Shown: positions 1 through 8,082 of the stretch, in pieces
Layout of the letters: the number at the start of each line of letters is the position of its first letter
Numbering within the stretch: position 1 is the stretch's first letter
From: Escherichia phage Henu4_2
Strand: one strand, 5' to 3'
Sequence record: PQ159479
Length of the DNA: 50,260 bases
Position numbers and translations under genes: made by a program
Notes under the pieces: generated by a model
Told to the model about the DNA's origin: nothing
Database searches by the model: none
What the model saw: the letters and a program-made list of their open reading frames with translations, nothing else

Positions 1-474
1 ATGGAAAACATGAGCTTTACCGAAAAACTACGCGAGGCAGCAAAGGCGCTTGCCAGTGGCGAGAAAAGCGAAATCGTGATCCCAACTGGCTACCTAGCTA
101 CTGAATTAGCCGGAAAGAAATCATCTGAGAATCCGGCTTCATACGTGCGCACCACTATGTCACGAGTGCCGGAAGTAAAAATGGTTGGCACTATCAAGAT
201 CAAAAAGACAATGTGCGACGATGACGAAAGTAACCTTTTCGGCATGGAAGTATTCAAGATCACACTCACGCATGAGAAGCGGAAAACGGTTTATAGCAAG
301 GCTGACGTTGAACGGCACAAGCGCCAGGCAGTGAACAAGGCAGCAGAGCGCTTTATGACGCTATCGCCAAACCTGGCAAACTATGCGCCGGAAGAATACG
401 CAACCGTAGCAAAAGTAATGCAAGAGCTTCATGCACTTGTGAAAATCAACTTTGTCAACAATGAGGATGAATAA
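1..474 (+). CDS. hypothetical early protein (gene 1; RBS and promoter lie at the 3' end of the window)
   Basis: 157-aa ORF starting at position 1; AGGAGA 7 nt upstream if the sequence is circularised; no recognisable motif. Confidence 0.5.
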   Translation: MENMSFTEKLREAAKALASGEKSEIVIPTGYLATELAGKKSSENPASYVRTTMSRVPEVKMVGTIKIKKTMCDDDESNLFGMEVFKITLTHEKRKTVYSKADVERHKRQAVNKAAERFMTLSPNLANYAPEEYATVAKVMQELHALVKINFVNNEDE

Positions 475-723
475 ATGGAAAACTTTGATTTAGAAGCATT
501 AATGGCAACAATCGACACGACAAGCGCAACGCAGTTTAACGTTGTGCGCCTTATAAACCTGGATGCAGCAGAAATAACGCTTGACCAGTTCAAAGAAATG
601 TTAAGCCAGGCCAAGAGCATTTATGAATCAGAAGAAGATCACGAAATCACCGTTATCTGCGTACAGCCGCGAGAGGATGAAAACACATTCCTTTACGCCT
701 TTGTGAATGAGGGTAATGCATAA
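475..723 (+). CDS. hypothetical protein
   Basis: 82-aa ORF starting 1 nt after the preceding stop; acidic. Confidence 0.45.
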   Translation: MENFDLEALMATIDTTSATQFNVVRLINLDAAEITLDQFKEMLSQAKSIYESEEDHEITVICVQPREDENTFLYAFVNEGNA

Positions 724-956
724 TGCTTTGTAAGATCCGCTTTAATGGTGTAGACCTACTGAAAGAGTCCAGGATGTGTACCACTGCAATTGTTAATCGC
801 CTATATCTAAGAAGTGGCGGCAACATAGTAAAGCTGGAATATCGTTCCGGTCGCATAATCCGCACAGACACCGGAAGATGCATAGAAACTAATGAATTGC
901 TATGGCACAACGCAAAAGGCCGTTTGCTTTTCAAAACTTTTGAGGATATCCGCTGA
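723..956 (+). CDS. hypothetical protein
   Basis: 77-aa ORF, start overlaps preceding stop. Confidence 0.35.
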   Translation: MLCKIRFNGVDLLKESRMCTTAIVNRLYLRSGGNIVKLEYRSGRIIRTDTGRCIETNELLWHNAKGRLLFKTFEDIR

Positions 957-1063
957 TGAAAACATTCGCATTTATCGCTGCAATGTGGTGCGTCTTAATC
1001 GGATCTCCTTTCGTGGCGCTTATTGTGCTTGTCTTGATATTGTTGGGGGCGTTTGATGAATAA
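956..1063 (+). CDS. small hydrophobic peptide (35 aa, single predicted TM)
   Basis: ATG overlapping upstream stop (TGATG), GAGGAT RBS, hydrophobic core IAAMWCVLIGSPFVALIVLVLILL. Confidence 0.3.
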   Translation: MKTFAFIAAMWCVLIGSPFVALIVLVLILLGAFDE

Positions 1064-1169
1064 GAAACTTTTAGATCATGCTGTTGTGTTCTTTATTGCT
1101 GCTGCTGGATTTTCATTGTTGTCAATTGCTTTTTCAATCCTAGCGTTTGCCGTGTCAATGCTGAAATGA
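1056..1169 (+). CDS. small hydrophobic peptide (37 aa, single predicted TM)
   Basis: GGGGG RBS, hydrophobic core VVFFIAAAGFSLLSIAFSILAFAV. Confidence 0.3.
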   Translation: MNKKLLDHAVVFFIAAAGFSLLSIAFSILAFAVSMLK

Positions 1170-1191
1170 TGATTTGCATTCTGATTGGTAA

Positions 1192-1235
1192 ATAGCACTT
1201 TTTGTTAAAACTGAATCGGGGTAGTTTGGCATAAT
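1192..1235 (+). promoter_or_regulatory. conserved early element copy 1 (motif + stem-loop GGGGTA/TACCCC containing CATAAT)
   Basis: ATAGCACTTTTTGTTAAAA then -10-like CATAAT 22 nt after TTGTTA; ATCGAAAC leader; ATG at 1267. Confidence 0.5.
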
Positions 1236-1266
1236 TACCCCATCGAAACACAACGGAGAAAATAAA

Positions 1267-1527
1267 ATGCAATTCGAACTAACCCGCGTAACTGTTGAAA
1301 TTCTGAATGACGGAACCTATGACGGAATGAAACATTTAACATTCCCGATCCGAATTGAGAATTGCCTTGATTATGGCGTTGAAGTCGGGATGGTTGACGT
1401 TCCTCTTGATGCCCTGGTTGCGGCTGGTTATGACAAGGTAAAAGGCCGCATGTGTGAAATTCCTGATTGCATGGATAGTGACACGTTTTTACCGTTCAGC
1501 TATGGCGAATGCCGGATTGTTAAGTAA
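1267..1527 (+). CDS. hypothetical protein
   Basis: 86-aa ORF downstream of early element, RBS GGAGAA. Confidence 0.5.
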   Translation: MQFELTRVTVEILNDGTYDGMKHLTFPIRIENCLDYGVEVGMVDVPLDALVAAGYDKVKGRMCEIPDCMDSDTFLPFSYGECRIVK

Positions 1528-1601
1528 GGAGCAACAAATGAGCAGTTGGCACAATGAGCACGTAATGCAATTCTACCGCCAAAGAATAAAGAAAATGCTC
1601 A

Positions 1602-1645
1602 ATAGCACTAATTGCTAAAACTAAATCGTGGGTATTTGATAAAGT
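1602..1645 (+). promoter_or_regulatory. conserved early element copy 2 (stem GGGTA/TACCC, TAAAGT)
   Basis: ATAGCACTAATTGCTAAAA; TAAAGT 22 nt after TTGCTA, preceded by TG. Confidence 0.5.
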
Positions 1646-1681
1646 ACCCACCGTTGAGTTAAGCAAAATGAGAAACAAACC

Positions 1682-2245
1682 ATGTTAAACATCAATAAAA
1701 TCAACTTCCCGATCACATTCAATGCCGGAATGGCTGGAAAGATAACATTTGCAAACGATCAGGATGGTGGCGTTTGGGAGAACGGAGAGAAAAGTGACTT
1801 CAAACTAAGCTACTTTGTAAAACAGCATAACCACCACAACATTCACAACAAAGTTGGTGCGCGATATCACTACGAAATGGCTGAGCCACGGAGAGAGCAA
1901 GACGACCAGGTTGACGCGCTGCAATATCTTCTTTCACGCGGCTGTGAGCTTTTCATTGGCGATGTGAAAATCAACAACGAGCTTATTGATGATACTGTAA
2001 AAGCTAATCGTGATATGTTCTGCAACATTGAGTGCATGCCAGTTGGCGCTACCATCCTGGCTATCAAGCGCAGTGCAGAAGGTTGGGACGATGTTACATT
2101 CACACCGCGCCGAATTGAGATTCACGATGATATGATCACATTGCTTTCCGGCTATGCTGGCGGCTATAGCAAAGATGGAAACAATTACGCACTTGAAATT
2201 AACATTAAGCGCGGCACGAAAGTAAAATACAGCACGAATTGCTAA
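1682..2245 (+). CDS. hypothetical protein
   Basis: 187-aa ORF; its stop codon lies inside the next motif copy. Confidence 0.55.
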   Translation: MLNINKINFPITFNAGMAGKITFANDQDGGVWENGEKSDFKLSYFVKQHNHHNIHNKVGARYHYEMAEPRREQDDQVDALQYLLSRGCELFIGDVKINNELIDDTVKANRDMFCNIECMPVGATILAIKRSAEGWDDVTFTPRRIEIHDDMITLLSGYAGGYSKDGNNYALEINIKRGTKVKYSTNC

Positions 2246-2272
2246 AATAGAATCTTGGGGTTGCGGTATAGT
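2229..2272 (+). promoter_or_regulatory. conserved early element copy 3 (stem GGGGTT/AACCCC, TATAGT)
   Basis: ACAGCACGAATTGCTAAAA; TATAGT 22 nt after TTGCTA. Confidence 0.5.
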
Positions 2273-2304
2273 AACCCCACGCCAAACGAAAGAAGGAAAT
2301 CAAA

Positions 2305-2589
2305 ATGAAATTAGCACGTAACGCTGTTTATGCAATCACAACTGAATTTAATAACGCAAATAACTTTGTTCACATCAATAAAAACGGGAAAATTAATCCG
2401 TTCTTTCTTGAAAAACACGGCTTTGATGTTCACGGAGAATTGCGCAATCATCCAGAGGGTTTACACGAGCATTGGAACGGAGCAATTAATTCATTCAAGT
2501 GCGTAATGGTTCAGAGTCACGTGACAAAGCCAAGCGAAGTAGATTTTAAGAAGTGCCGCAAGTTTGCTCGAAATTATAACCGCAAGTAA
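2305..2589 (+). CDS. hypothetical protein
   Basis: 94-aa ORF with RBS AGAAGGAAA. Confidence 0.5.
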   Translation: MKLARNAVYAITTEFNNANNFVHINKNGKINPFFLEKHGFDVHGELRNHPEGLHEHWNGAINSFKCVMVQSHVTKPSEVDFKKCRKFARNYNRK

Positions 2590-2632
2590 TAGCACAAAAT
2601 GTTAAGCGGCCATGTGTCCTGATGGGTATAAT
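2588..2632 (+). promoter_or_regulatory. degenerate early element copy 4 (GGTA-TAAT-TACC palindrome around TATAAT)
   Basis: TAATAGCACAAAATGTTAAGC then TATAAT at 2627-2632; ATCAACCAAC leader. Confidence 0.4.
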
Positions 2633-2664
2633 TACCGCATCAACCAACCAAAGGAGAAGTAAAA

Positions 2665-2772
2665 ATGTCTAAAGAGTCTATCAAGCAGTTTCTGAAATAC
2701 GGTTCTATGATTGTGCTCGCTACCGTTGTTCTGGCTGGCATCGCTTATAGCATTATTGAGTTTGCGGGGTAA
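2665..2772 (+). CDS. small membrane peptide (35 aa)
   Basis: strong RBS AAGGAGAAG; hydrophobic core MIVLATVVLAGIAYSII. Confidence 0.4.
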   Translation: MSKESIKQFLKYGSMIVLATVVLAGIAYSIIEFAG

Positions 2773-3336
2773 TTGATGTTTACGGTCAACTTATGGGGAA
2801 GGGATTACGTTAATCCCTATGTTGTGACAAAACAGCGTTTCGTTATTTTCGACCTAGACGGCACATTGTCAAATGGTGAGCACCGCTTGCACCTGTTGCC
2901 AACTGTTGACTTGCACCTTACTGAAAGCTGGAGTGAGTTTAACCGCGCGGCTAAGGATGATTTACCATTCAGCAATAACATTGCCGTGTGCAACGCCATG
3001 TTTGATGCCGGATACCTGGTTATCATCCTAACAGGCCGTAGCGATGAAGTAGAGGCTGAAACACGCGCCTGGCTAGCTGAAAACGGCGTTTCTTTCGATT
3101 GGCTGATTATGCGCCGCGCCAGCGATAACCGGAAAGATACCGTAATCAAAGAGGAAGTTTTACGGACTATAGGACTTGATCGCATTGTCGCATGTTGGGA
3201 TGACTCACCAAACGTTATTGCACACCTGCGCGGCCTGGGATTGACGGTTTACCAGGTCATTGACTACGGAGAGCAGTTACACGATCACTTAAGGTCTCAC
3301 GGAGTGGAGAAGTTGAGCGATGATTCAAACGCATGA
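2773..3336 (+). CDS. HAD-superfamily phosphatase (PNK-3'-phosphatase-like)
   Basis: HAD motif I FVIFDLDGTL near N-terminus; 187 aa. Confidence 0.65.
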   Translation: MMFTVNLWGRDYVNPYVVTKQRFVIFDLDGTLSNGEHRLHLLPTVDLHLTESWSEFNRAAKDDLPFSNNIAVCNAMFDAGYLVIILTGRSDEVEAETRAWLAENGVSFDWLIMRRASDNRKDTVIKEEVLRTIGLDRIVACWDDSPNVIAHLRGLGLTVYQVIDYGEQLHDHLRSHGVEKLSDDSNA

Positions 3337-3420
3337 TCCAATTGCGCTTGCCTGGGGAGTTGGTGCTTTTATCGTGGCGGTTGTGATTTGCTTATGGGAT
3401 ATCAACAGGAGGGATAGATA

Positions 3421-3609
3421 ATGCATTCAAAGAATATTCAGGATCGGCATGGTGACAATATTCTTGTTTACAGTCGCGGTGAATCAGTCTGGATTGATTG
3501 TAAATATGACGACGACACCAAATTGCAGTTTCGCGCCATATTAGACAAGAAAAGCGCAAGAGAATTAGCGGATCATATAAAGCGGCTTGCTGATGAATTG
3601 CCTTATTAA
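3421..3609 (+). CDS. hypothetical protein
   Basis: 62-aa ORF, RBS CAGGAGGGA; stop immediately before motif copy 5. Confidence 0.45.
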   Translation: MHSKNIQDRHGDNILVYSRGESVWIDCKYDDDTKLQFRAILDKKSARELADHIKRLADELPY

Positions 3610-3653
3610 ATAGCACTTTTTGCTAAAACTTGCTAAGGCACATTTGATAAAGT
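3609..3653 (+). promoter_or_regulatory. conserved early element copy 5 (8-bp stem AAGGCACA/TGTGCCTT, TAAAGT)
   Basis: AATAGCACTTTTTGCTAAAA; TGaTAAAGT 22 nt after TTGCTA. Confidence 0.5.
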
Positions 3654-3687
3654 GTGCCTTGTCGAGACAAGCAAAGGAGAATGACAA

Positions 3688-3999
3688 ATGAAAGTATTTA
3701 CAACTGTTGGATTTAGAACTAACCATTATTACATTGTTAACGATGACGGCGTTATTTTTGCCTCACAAAAACCGTTCTTTGATGGTGATAATTTTTTCAA
3801 GAGCGTATTTCAATCGCCTGGTGTTTTGGTAAGTATGTGCAATCGTGGCTCGTTAGCGCCGTACAATAAAGAGGCGAAGGATTTTGTTGATAAAGTTAAC
3901 GGTGTAAAAACAAAGCGCGAAATGAATAAACACGTTATCGCCGTTATCGTTTGTGTGGCAATTGCCGTTGGTTCTATTTTCATGGGGGTTTGGTCATGA
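3688..3999 (+). CDS. hypothetical protein with C-terminal TM segment
   Basis: 103-aa ORF, RBS AAAGGAGAA; C-terminal hydrophobic VIAVIVCVAIAVGSIFMGVW. Confidence 0.45.
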   Translation: MKVFTTVGFRTNHYYIVNDDGVIFASQKPFFDGDNFFKSVFQSPGVLVSMCNRGSLAPYNKEAKDFVDKVNGVKTKREMNKHVIAVIVCVAIAVGSIFMGVWS

Positions 4000-4178
4000 C
4001 ACTTGATAATAAATTAGAAACACAAAAGACGATCAACTATCTGCGAGCGCTTGCTGATGCTCTTGAATCTGGCGAGGCCGCATTAAATGATGTTGGTATT
4101 GAGTCAAGAAATCACGGATGGACTCAGATCGAAGAAACATTAACCGTTCAATATTTTAAGGTGAATAAAGATGGCTAA
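3996..4178 (+). CDS. hypothetical protein
   Basis: 60-aa ORF starting ATGA-overlapped with preceding stop. Confidence 0.4.
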   Translation: MTLDNKLETQKTINYLRALADALESGEAALNDVGIESRNHGWTQIEETLTVQYFKVNKDG

Positions 4179-4746
4179 AATTATCATCCTTAATGCGCCT
4201 CCTGGTGCTGGTAAAGATACGATAGGCAAGATGATTTCTTTCTATTCGCCAGGCGAGCAATGCCGCATTATTAGCTTTAAAGAGCCGATGTTTGACATTG
4301 CATTAGCTATCCTGGGTAAAGAGAACTATCAGCGCTTCATGTTGGCTTATGATGACAGAGAGCAGAAAGAAAGGCCGCAAACATTCCTGATGGGTATGTC
4401 ACCGCGTGAGTTCATGATATGGATTAGCGAGGATGTAATCAAACCTAAATTCGGCAAGGATTATTTCGGCGTAAGGTTTAACCAGAAAGTAAAAGAGTGT
4501 GATGCTCCTGTTGTTTGCACTGATGGAGGTTTCCCAGATGAAATTATCGCGCTAATCAATGCTGGTAATGAAGTGAAGCTATGCCGCTTGCATCGCGACG
4601 GGTTCACGTTTGCAGGTGATAGCCGCAACTACATTCGAATCAATCCATACTACCAGAAAAACGGATATAGTGAACACGATTACTTATTAACCAATGAAAA
4701 GCCGATGATTACAGTTAGCGAAATCATTCGCGATCACCTTAAATAG
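4171..4746 (+). CDS. P-loop nucleotide kinase (dNMP-kinase-like)
   Basis: Walker A NAPPGAGKDT at N-terminus, resembling phage dNMP kinases; 191 aa. Confidence 0.6.
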   Translation: MAKIIILNAPPGAGKDTIGKMISFYSPGEQCRIISFKEPMFDIALAILGKENYQRFMLAYDDREQKERPQTFLMGMSPREFMIWISEDVIKPKFGKDYFGVRFNQKVKECDAPVVCTDGGFPDEIIALINAGNEVKLCRLHRDGFTFAGDSRNYIRINPYYQKNGYSEHDYLLTNEKPMITVSEIIRDHLK

Positions 4747-4786
4747 CACGAATTGCTAAAACTTGCGCAAGGCCATTTGATATAGT
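4743..4786 (+). promoter_or_regulatory. conserved early element copy 6 (stem AAGGCCA/TGGCCTT, TATAGT)
   Basis: ATAGCACGAATTGCTAAAA; TGaTATAGT 22 nt after TTGCTA. Confidence 0.5.
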
Positions 4787-4824
4787 GGCCTTATTCAAGA
4801 GAAGCTACCAATCAGGAGAAAGTC

Positions 4825-5055
4825 ATGAAATACCAGATTTACAGCGCCATCGATGCAATCGACGATGCACAAAGCCTTTTCATGTTCGACGAAAATGACA
4901 ACTACACGGTTGTGTGTGATTGCTACACTGATGCAGATTATCTTGAGCAGTTAGCTCGCAACGGTGAAGGTTGTAATTGGAGCGACAACAAAAATGAAAC
5001 TCCACGTCGCCAAGATATGATCAATCCGGTTCTGGTTAAAGAGTTTGAGGTGTGA
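4825..5055 (+). CDS. hypothetical protein
   Basis: 76-aa ORF, RBS CAGGAGAAAG. Confidence 0.45.
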   Translation: MKYQIYSAIDAIDDAQSLFMFDENDNYTVVCDCYTDADYLEQLARNGEGCNWSDNKNETPRRQDMINPVLVKEFEV

Positions 5056-5057
5056 TA

Positions 5058-5252
5058 ATGAAAATCAAATGCACAATGTCAAATACGGACGCGCTTACAG
5101 TCGGGAAAGTTTACGATGTAACGCCAGCGGAGGAAGGGTTTAGCCCAACCGTTAAGCACGACAGTAAAGGGTTTTATTATCTCAATGGCAAAGATAATCT
5201 TTCTATCCTGGTGGTTAAGGCTGTAATTGCAGAATTTGAGGCGGTGGAATGA
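5058..5252 (+). CDS. hypothetical protein
   Basis: 64-aa ORF (ATG at 5058, RBS GAGGTG). Confidence 0.45.
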   Translation: MKIKCTMSNTDALTVGKVYDVTPAEEGFSPTVKHDSKGFYYLNGKDNLSILVVKAVIAEFEAVE

Positions 5253-5431
5253 TTAGGCACTTAATTATTTTTGCGATGGTGCTTTTAGGTACAATGCTTA
5301 TTGATAACGACACATGGGCTACTGCAATTGGAGGTTGTTTGCTTTTTGTTGCTGGCGGCATGTTTGGTGAGAATGAGGCAAAAAAGGAAAATAAACTTTC
5401 CGATCACTTACGCAAGGAGACTAAACGATGA
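5249..5431 (+). CDS. small membrane protein
   Basis: 60 aa with two hydrophobic stretches; ATGA overlap with upstream gene. Confidence 0.4.
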   Translation: MIRHLIIFAMVLLGTMLIDNDTWATAIGGCLLFVAGGMFGENEAKKENKLSDHLRKETKR

Positions 5432-5673
5432 ACAGAAAAATGCTTGTTCGCGCCTTTGCTAAAATTTCTAAAAGGTGGGGAGACTCTAACAAATCGCCTT
5501 ACACATTTAGCCGTTACGGTTATAAAAACGCTCGCGCCTGGGGTCGCTGCATTGCGGATAACTACAACGCCGAAATGCTGGAAGATTTCGCAAAGTGGAT
5601 TGATACGCCTTTGAAGGATTGGTGTCAATTTGACTATGACTATTTCGCAGAAGAAGAAATTTCTTGTTGGTAA
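5428..5673 (+). CDS. hypothetical protein
   Basis: 81-aa ORF, RBS AAGGAGA. Confidence 0.45.
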   Translation: MNRKMLVRAFAKISKRWGDSNKSPYTFSRYGYKNARAWGRCIADNYNAEMLEDFAKWIDTPLKDWCQFDYDYFAEEEISCW

Positions 5674-5684
5674 GGAGAGTAAAC

Positions 5685-6182
5685 ATGATCGCTAAAAATG
5701 ACCTTTGCAACCTGTTAACGGCTGGTAATGATTATCAGGTTTTGAATAGCACAAAAGACCGTTATTTTATTGAGTGTGACAATGGGGATCGCATGTGGCT
5801 TAAAAAAGGCTTTTTCGAAAGTGAGCATCTATGCAATGCAAAGCGAATCGCAGATGAAGCAAGCGCATTAGCAGAGCGTGAACGAATTCGCGATATAGTA
5901 GCGGAGCAGGTTAGAAATTCATGTTTGCCTGGTGGCGATATCTTCAAATCAATGCGCGGTGAAATGACGGTTGGAATTCAAGATCGCGTAATTGAAAAAT
6001 CAGTTGATCCTGTAATTGAGAATGCGCGATTCAATGCGTTGATTAACTCAGAGACTAACGAATACATTAAAGTGTTAGAGCAACTGCGTGAAGTGCTGCG
6101 AGTGCCGGAAGGTGAAAATATTGTCACTCATGCAAAAGTTGTAAGAGCGTTGGCTGATGCGCTGATTGGTCTGCAAAAATAG
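5685..6182 (+). CDS. hypothetical protein
   Basis: 165-aa ORF from ATG 5685 with RBS AAGGAGAG; stop TAG inside motif copy 7. Confidence 0.5.
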   Translation: MIAKNDLCNLLTAGNDYQVLNSTKDRYFIECDNGDRMWLKKGFFESEHLCNAKRIADEASALAERERIRDIVAEQVRNSCLPGGDIFKSMRGEMTVGIQDRVIEKSVDPVIENARFNALINSETNEYIKVLEQLREVLRVPEGENIVTHAKVVRALADALIGLQK

Positions 6183-6222
6183 CACTTTTTGTTAAAACTT
6201 CCGCGAGGGCATTTGTTAAAGT
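6179..6222 (+). promoter_or_regulatory. conserved early element copy 7 (TGtTAAAGT)
   Basis: ATAGCACTTTTTGTTAAAA; TAAAGT 22 nt after TTGTTA; weak GAGG/CCTC stem. Confidence 0.45.
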
Positions 6223-6256
6223 ATCCTCATTGAAGCGAAACACGGAGATTTAGGAA

Positions 6257-6466
6257 ATGGCTGTATACACTGGCAAAATGTTTGAAAGCGAAAACCCGAT
6301 TTACGGCGGCACTTATGAGCTAATCATTGATGAAGATCGTGTAATCCTAGCTGACGACGATAACCAGGAATATTACGAAGTAGAAGCCGATAAATGGGAT
6401 AACGACGTTATGTTTCTTGTTGATAATAGCCGAATCAAGTTTTATGCAGTGGAGGAAGAAGAATGA
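6257..6466 (+). CDS. hypothetical acidic protein
   Basis: 69-aa ORF, RBS GGAGATTTAGGAA. Confidence 0.45.
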   Translation: MAVYTGKMFESENPIYGGTYELIIDEDRVILADDDNQEYYEVEADKWDNDVMFLVDNSRIKFYAVEEEE

Positions 6467-6714
6467 TCACAATTAACCTATCAGAAGAACAAGCGAAATC
6501 ATTGTTGCGCGGCATGGGCTGGCGAATGGGTAGCGGTAGCGAGGCGGTTGTAAACATCAAAGAGGAAGTAGCAAAAGAGCTTTTTGCACAGCTTGAGCAT
6601 AAACTTATGCCAGCCTCAACAAGCGCGGCGGAGTTGGCAGTGTGGCGGCATGAAAACGGCCTTAATGAAATGGATGTTGAGAAGTGGAAGCGTAAAAACG
6701 AGGTGATGCAATGA
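6463..6714 (+). CDS. hypothetical protein
   Basis: 83-aa ORF, ATGA overlap. Confidence 0.45.
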   Translation: MITINLSEEQAKSLLRGMGWRMGSGSEAVVNIKEEVAKELFAQLEHKLMPASTSAAELAVWRHENGLNEMDVEKWKRKNEVMQ

Positions 6715-7139
6715 TTTATATTCATAGTTACGGCGTTGGTAAGTTTGGCAACAAGCAGATCCGAAATATTTACGACACTCTCGATGAAGCAATGGCACAG
6801 CAACGCGTTTTAGGTGGAGTTGTTCAGGCTTACGCAAAAGAGCCGGAAGTAAGAAAGCAACACGCAGAGTGGAGCGATAAAACATTTGGCGGCATTGATA
6901 AGATCGGGGCAATCGGACCACTTAAACACCTTGCTAAAGAGGCAATGGAGGCAGCAGAAAATCCAGGTGATTTATCAGAATGGGCTGATATGCAGTTTTT
7001 GTTATGGGACGCGCAAAGACGCGCAGGAATAACCGATGAACAGATAATCAATGCGATGATTGAGAAACTTAAAATAAACAAAGAAAGGTCTTGGCCTGAA
7101 CCTAAAGACGGCGAGCCGCGACACCATTTAAAAATTTAA
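6711..7139 (+). CDS. DUF550-like protein (MazG-like nucleotide pyrophosphohydrolase fold candidate)
   Basis: pattern EW..KTFG ... HL.KE..E ... DL.EWAD ... N.ERSWP matches my recollection of the DUF550 family. Confidence 0.45.
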   Translation: MIYIHSYGVGKFGNKQIRNIYDTLDEAMAQQRVLGGVVQAYAKEPEVRKQHAEWSDKTFGGIDKIGAIGPLKHLAKEAMEAAENPGDLSEWADMQFLLWDAQRRAGITDEQIINAMIEKLKINKERSWPEPKDGEPRHHLKI

Positions 7140-7160
7140 CGAATTTGAATCAAATTTAAA

Positions 7161-7199
7161 GCGCCTCAATAGCATTCTAAGGGGCGCTAATTTTGGAAA
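7161..7199 (+). terminator. putative intrinsic terminator (imperfect hairpin + T-rich tail)
   Basis: GCGCCTC...GGGGCGC followed by TAATTTTGG. Confidence 0.3.
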
Positions 7200-7208
7200 G
7201 GTGATTGT

Positions 7209-7337
7209 ATGCCTAACTACATAAAACCGTCGCAGTGGTGCGCACAGAAGCAAGAGGAAGCGTTAGAGCGCGGCGACACTGACACAGCATTGCACTATTT
7301 TGAAATGTACCAACTTTGGAAATCAAGAGGAATGTAA
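7209..7337 (+). CDS. small hypothetical protein (42 aa)
   Basis: short ORF, RBS AAAGGTGA. Confidence 0.3.
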   Translation: MPNYIKPSQWCAQKQEEALERGDTDTALHYFEMYQLWKSRGM

Positions 7338-7338
7338 A

Positions 7339-7566
7339 ATGTTTGGACTTAATGAGGCTGAATACAACATTGTTAAACGTGCTGCAAAAGAGTGCATGAA
7401 GGATCTGAAAGTTGAAGTGACAAGTGGCAACAAATACGATCATATTGCGGCTGGAATTATCACCAAACATCACACGCCAATTTCTACCCTAATCACTCGA
7501 ACAAAGTTTGTATGGCTTGCTGGCTATATTGCTGGTCGATGGGGTAAGCCTGGCGAGTATGAATAA
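7339..7566 (+). CDS. hypothetical protein
   Basis: 75-aa ORF from ATG 7339, RBS AGAGGAA. Confidence 0.4.
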   Translation: MFGLNEAEYNIVKRAAKECMKDLKVEVTSGNKYDHIAAGIITKHHTPISTLITRTKFVWLAGYIAGRWGKPGEYE

Positions 7567-7588
7567 TAAGCACTTGAATCAATGAAGG

Positions 7589-7617
7589 TTGACGGCGTGT
7601 TGTCTGATTGGTAGATT
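7589..7617 (+). promoter_or_regulatory. sigma70-like promoter (TTGACG-17-TAGATT) with -10 inside a 5-bp inverted repeat
   Basis: TTGACG 7589-7594, 17-nt spacer, TAGATT 7612-7617; GGCGT/ACGCC arms flank the -10. Confidence 0.4.
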
Positions 7618-7748
7618 AAACGCCGTGAACATAAGAGGCTCAATAGAGCAAAGCGCGGCGCGTTAGCCGTAAAACTTAATCGGATTGGATCGCAAGGCGA
7701 ATGACAATCGCGGGAGCCGTAACCCGCAACCGTTCAGGAGAATTCACA

Positions 7749-7910
7749 ATGCAAAACAAAGAAATCGCAAAGGTAACAATCATCGTTGAGCGCGAAGGAA
7801 AGAAAACGCGATATAAAAAGCGATTCAAGAAAGGCGAGGCGGTGTTAGGTCGCATTGGTGATTTTATGGTTAAGTTACAAGAGGACAAGCCTGATGAAGT
7901 GGAAAGTTAA
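7749..7910 (+). CDS. hypothetical basic protein
   Basis: 53-aa ORF from ATG 7749, RBS CAGGAGAA. Confidence 0.4.
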   Translation: MQNKEIAKVTIIVEREGKKTRYKKRFKKGEAVLGRIGDFMVKLQEDKPDEVES

Positions 7911-8082
7911 ACTTACTATCAGGCGCATGGGTCGCAATTGCGGATCATGCAAGCAAGATTTTGAATGCGAGGTTGACGCAAGAGGCGCTCTTGAGGCGGC
8001 AGCAAGAGCTAAAGAGCTTTCGGGCGCTAACCCTGATACACACCAATTTTCAATTAATTACGTGAGGGAAATATCATGCTGA
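7894..8082 (+). CDS. hypothetical Cys-containing protein
   Basis: 62-aa ORF (MKWKVKL...CGSCKQDFEC). Confidence 0.4.
   Translation: MKWKVKLTIRRMGRNCGSCKQDFECEVDARGALEAAARAKELSGANPDTHQFSINYVREISC

Noticed and set aside
1538-1618. 26-aa ORF (MSSWHNEHVMQFYRQRIKKMLNSTNC) with AAGGAG RBS
   Set aside because: Runs through the conserved early element and is very short; possibly a leader peptide but unsupported.
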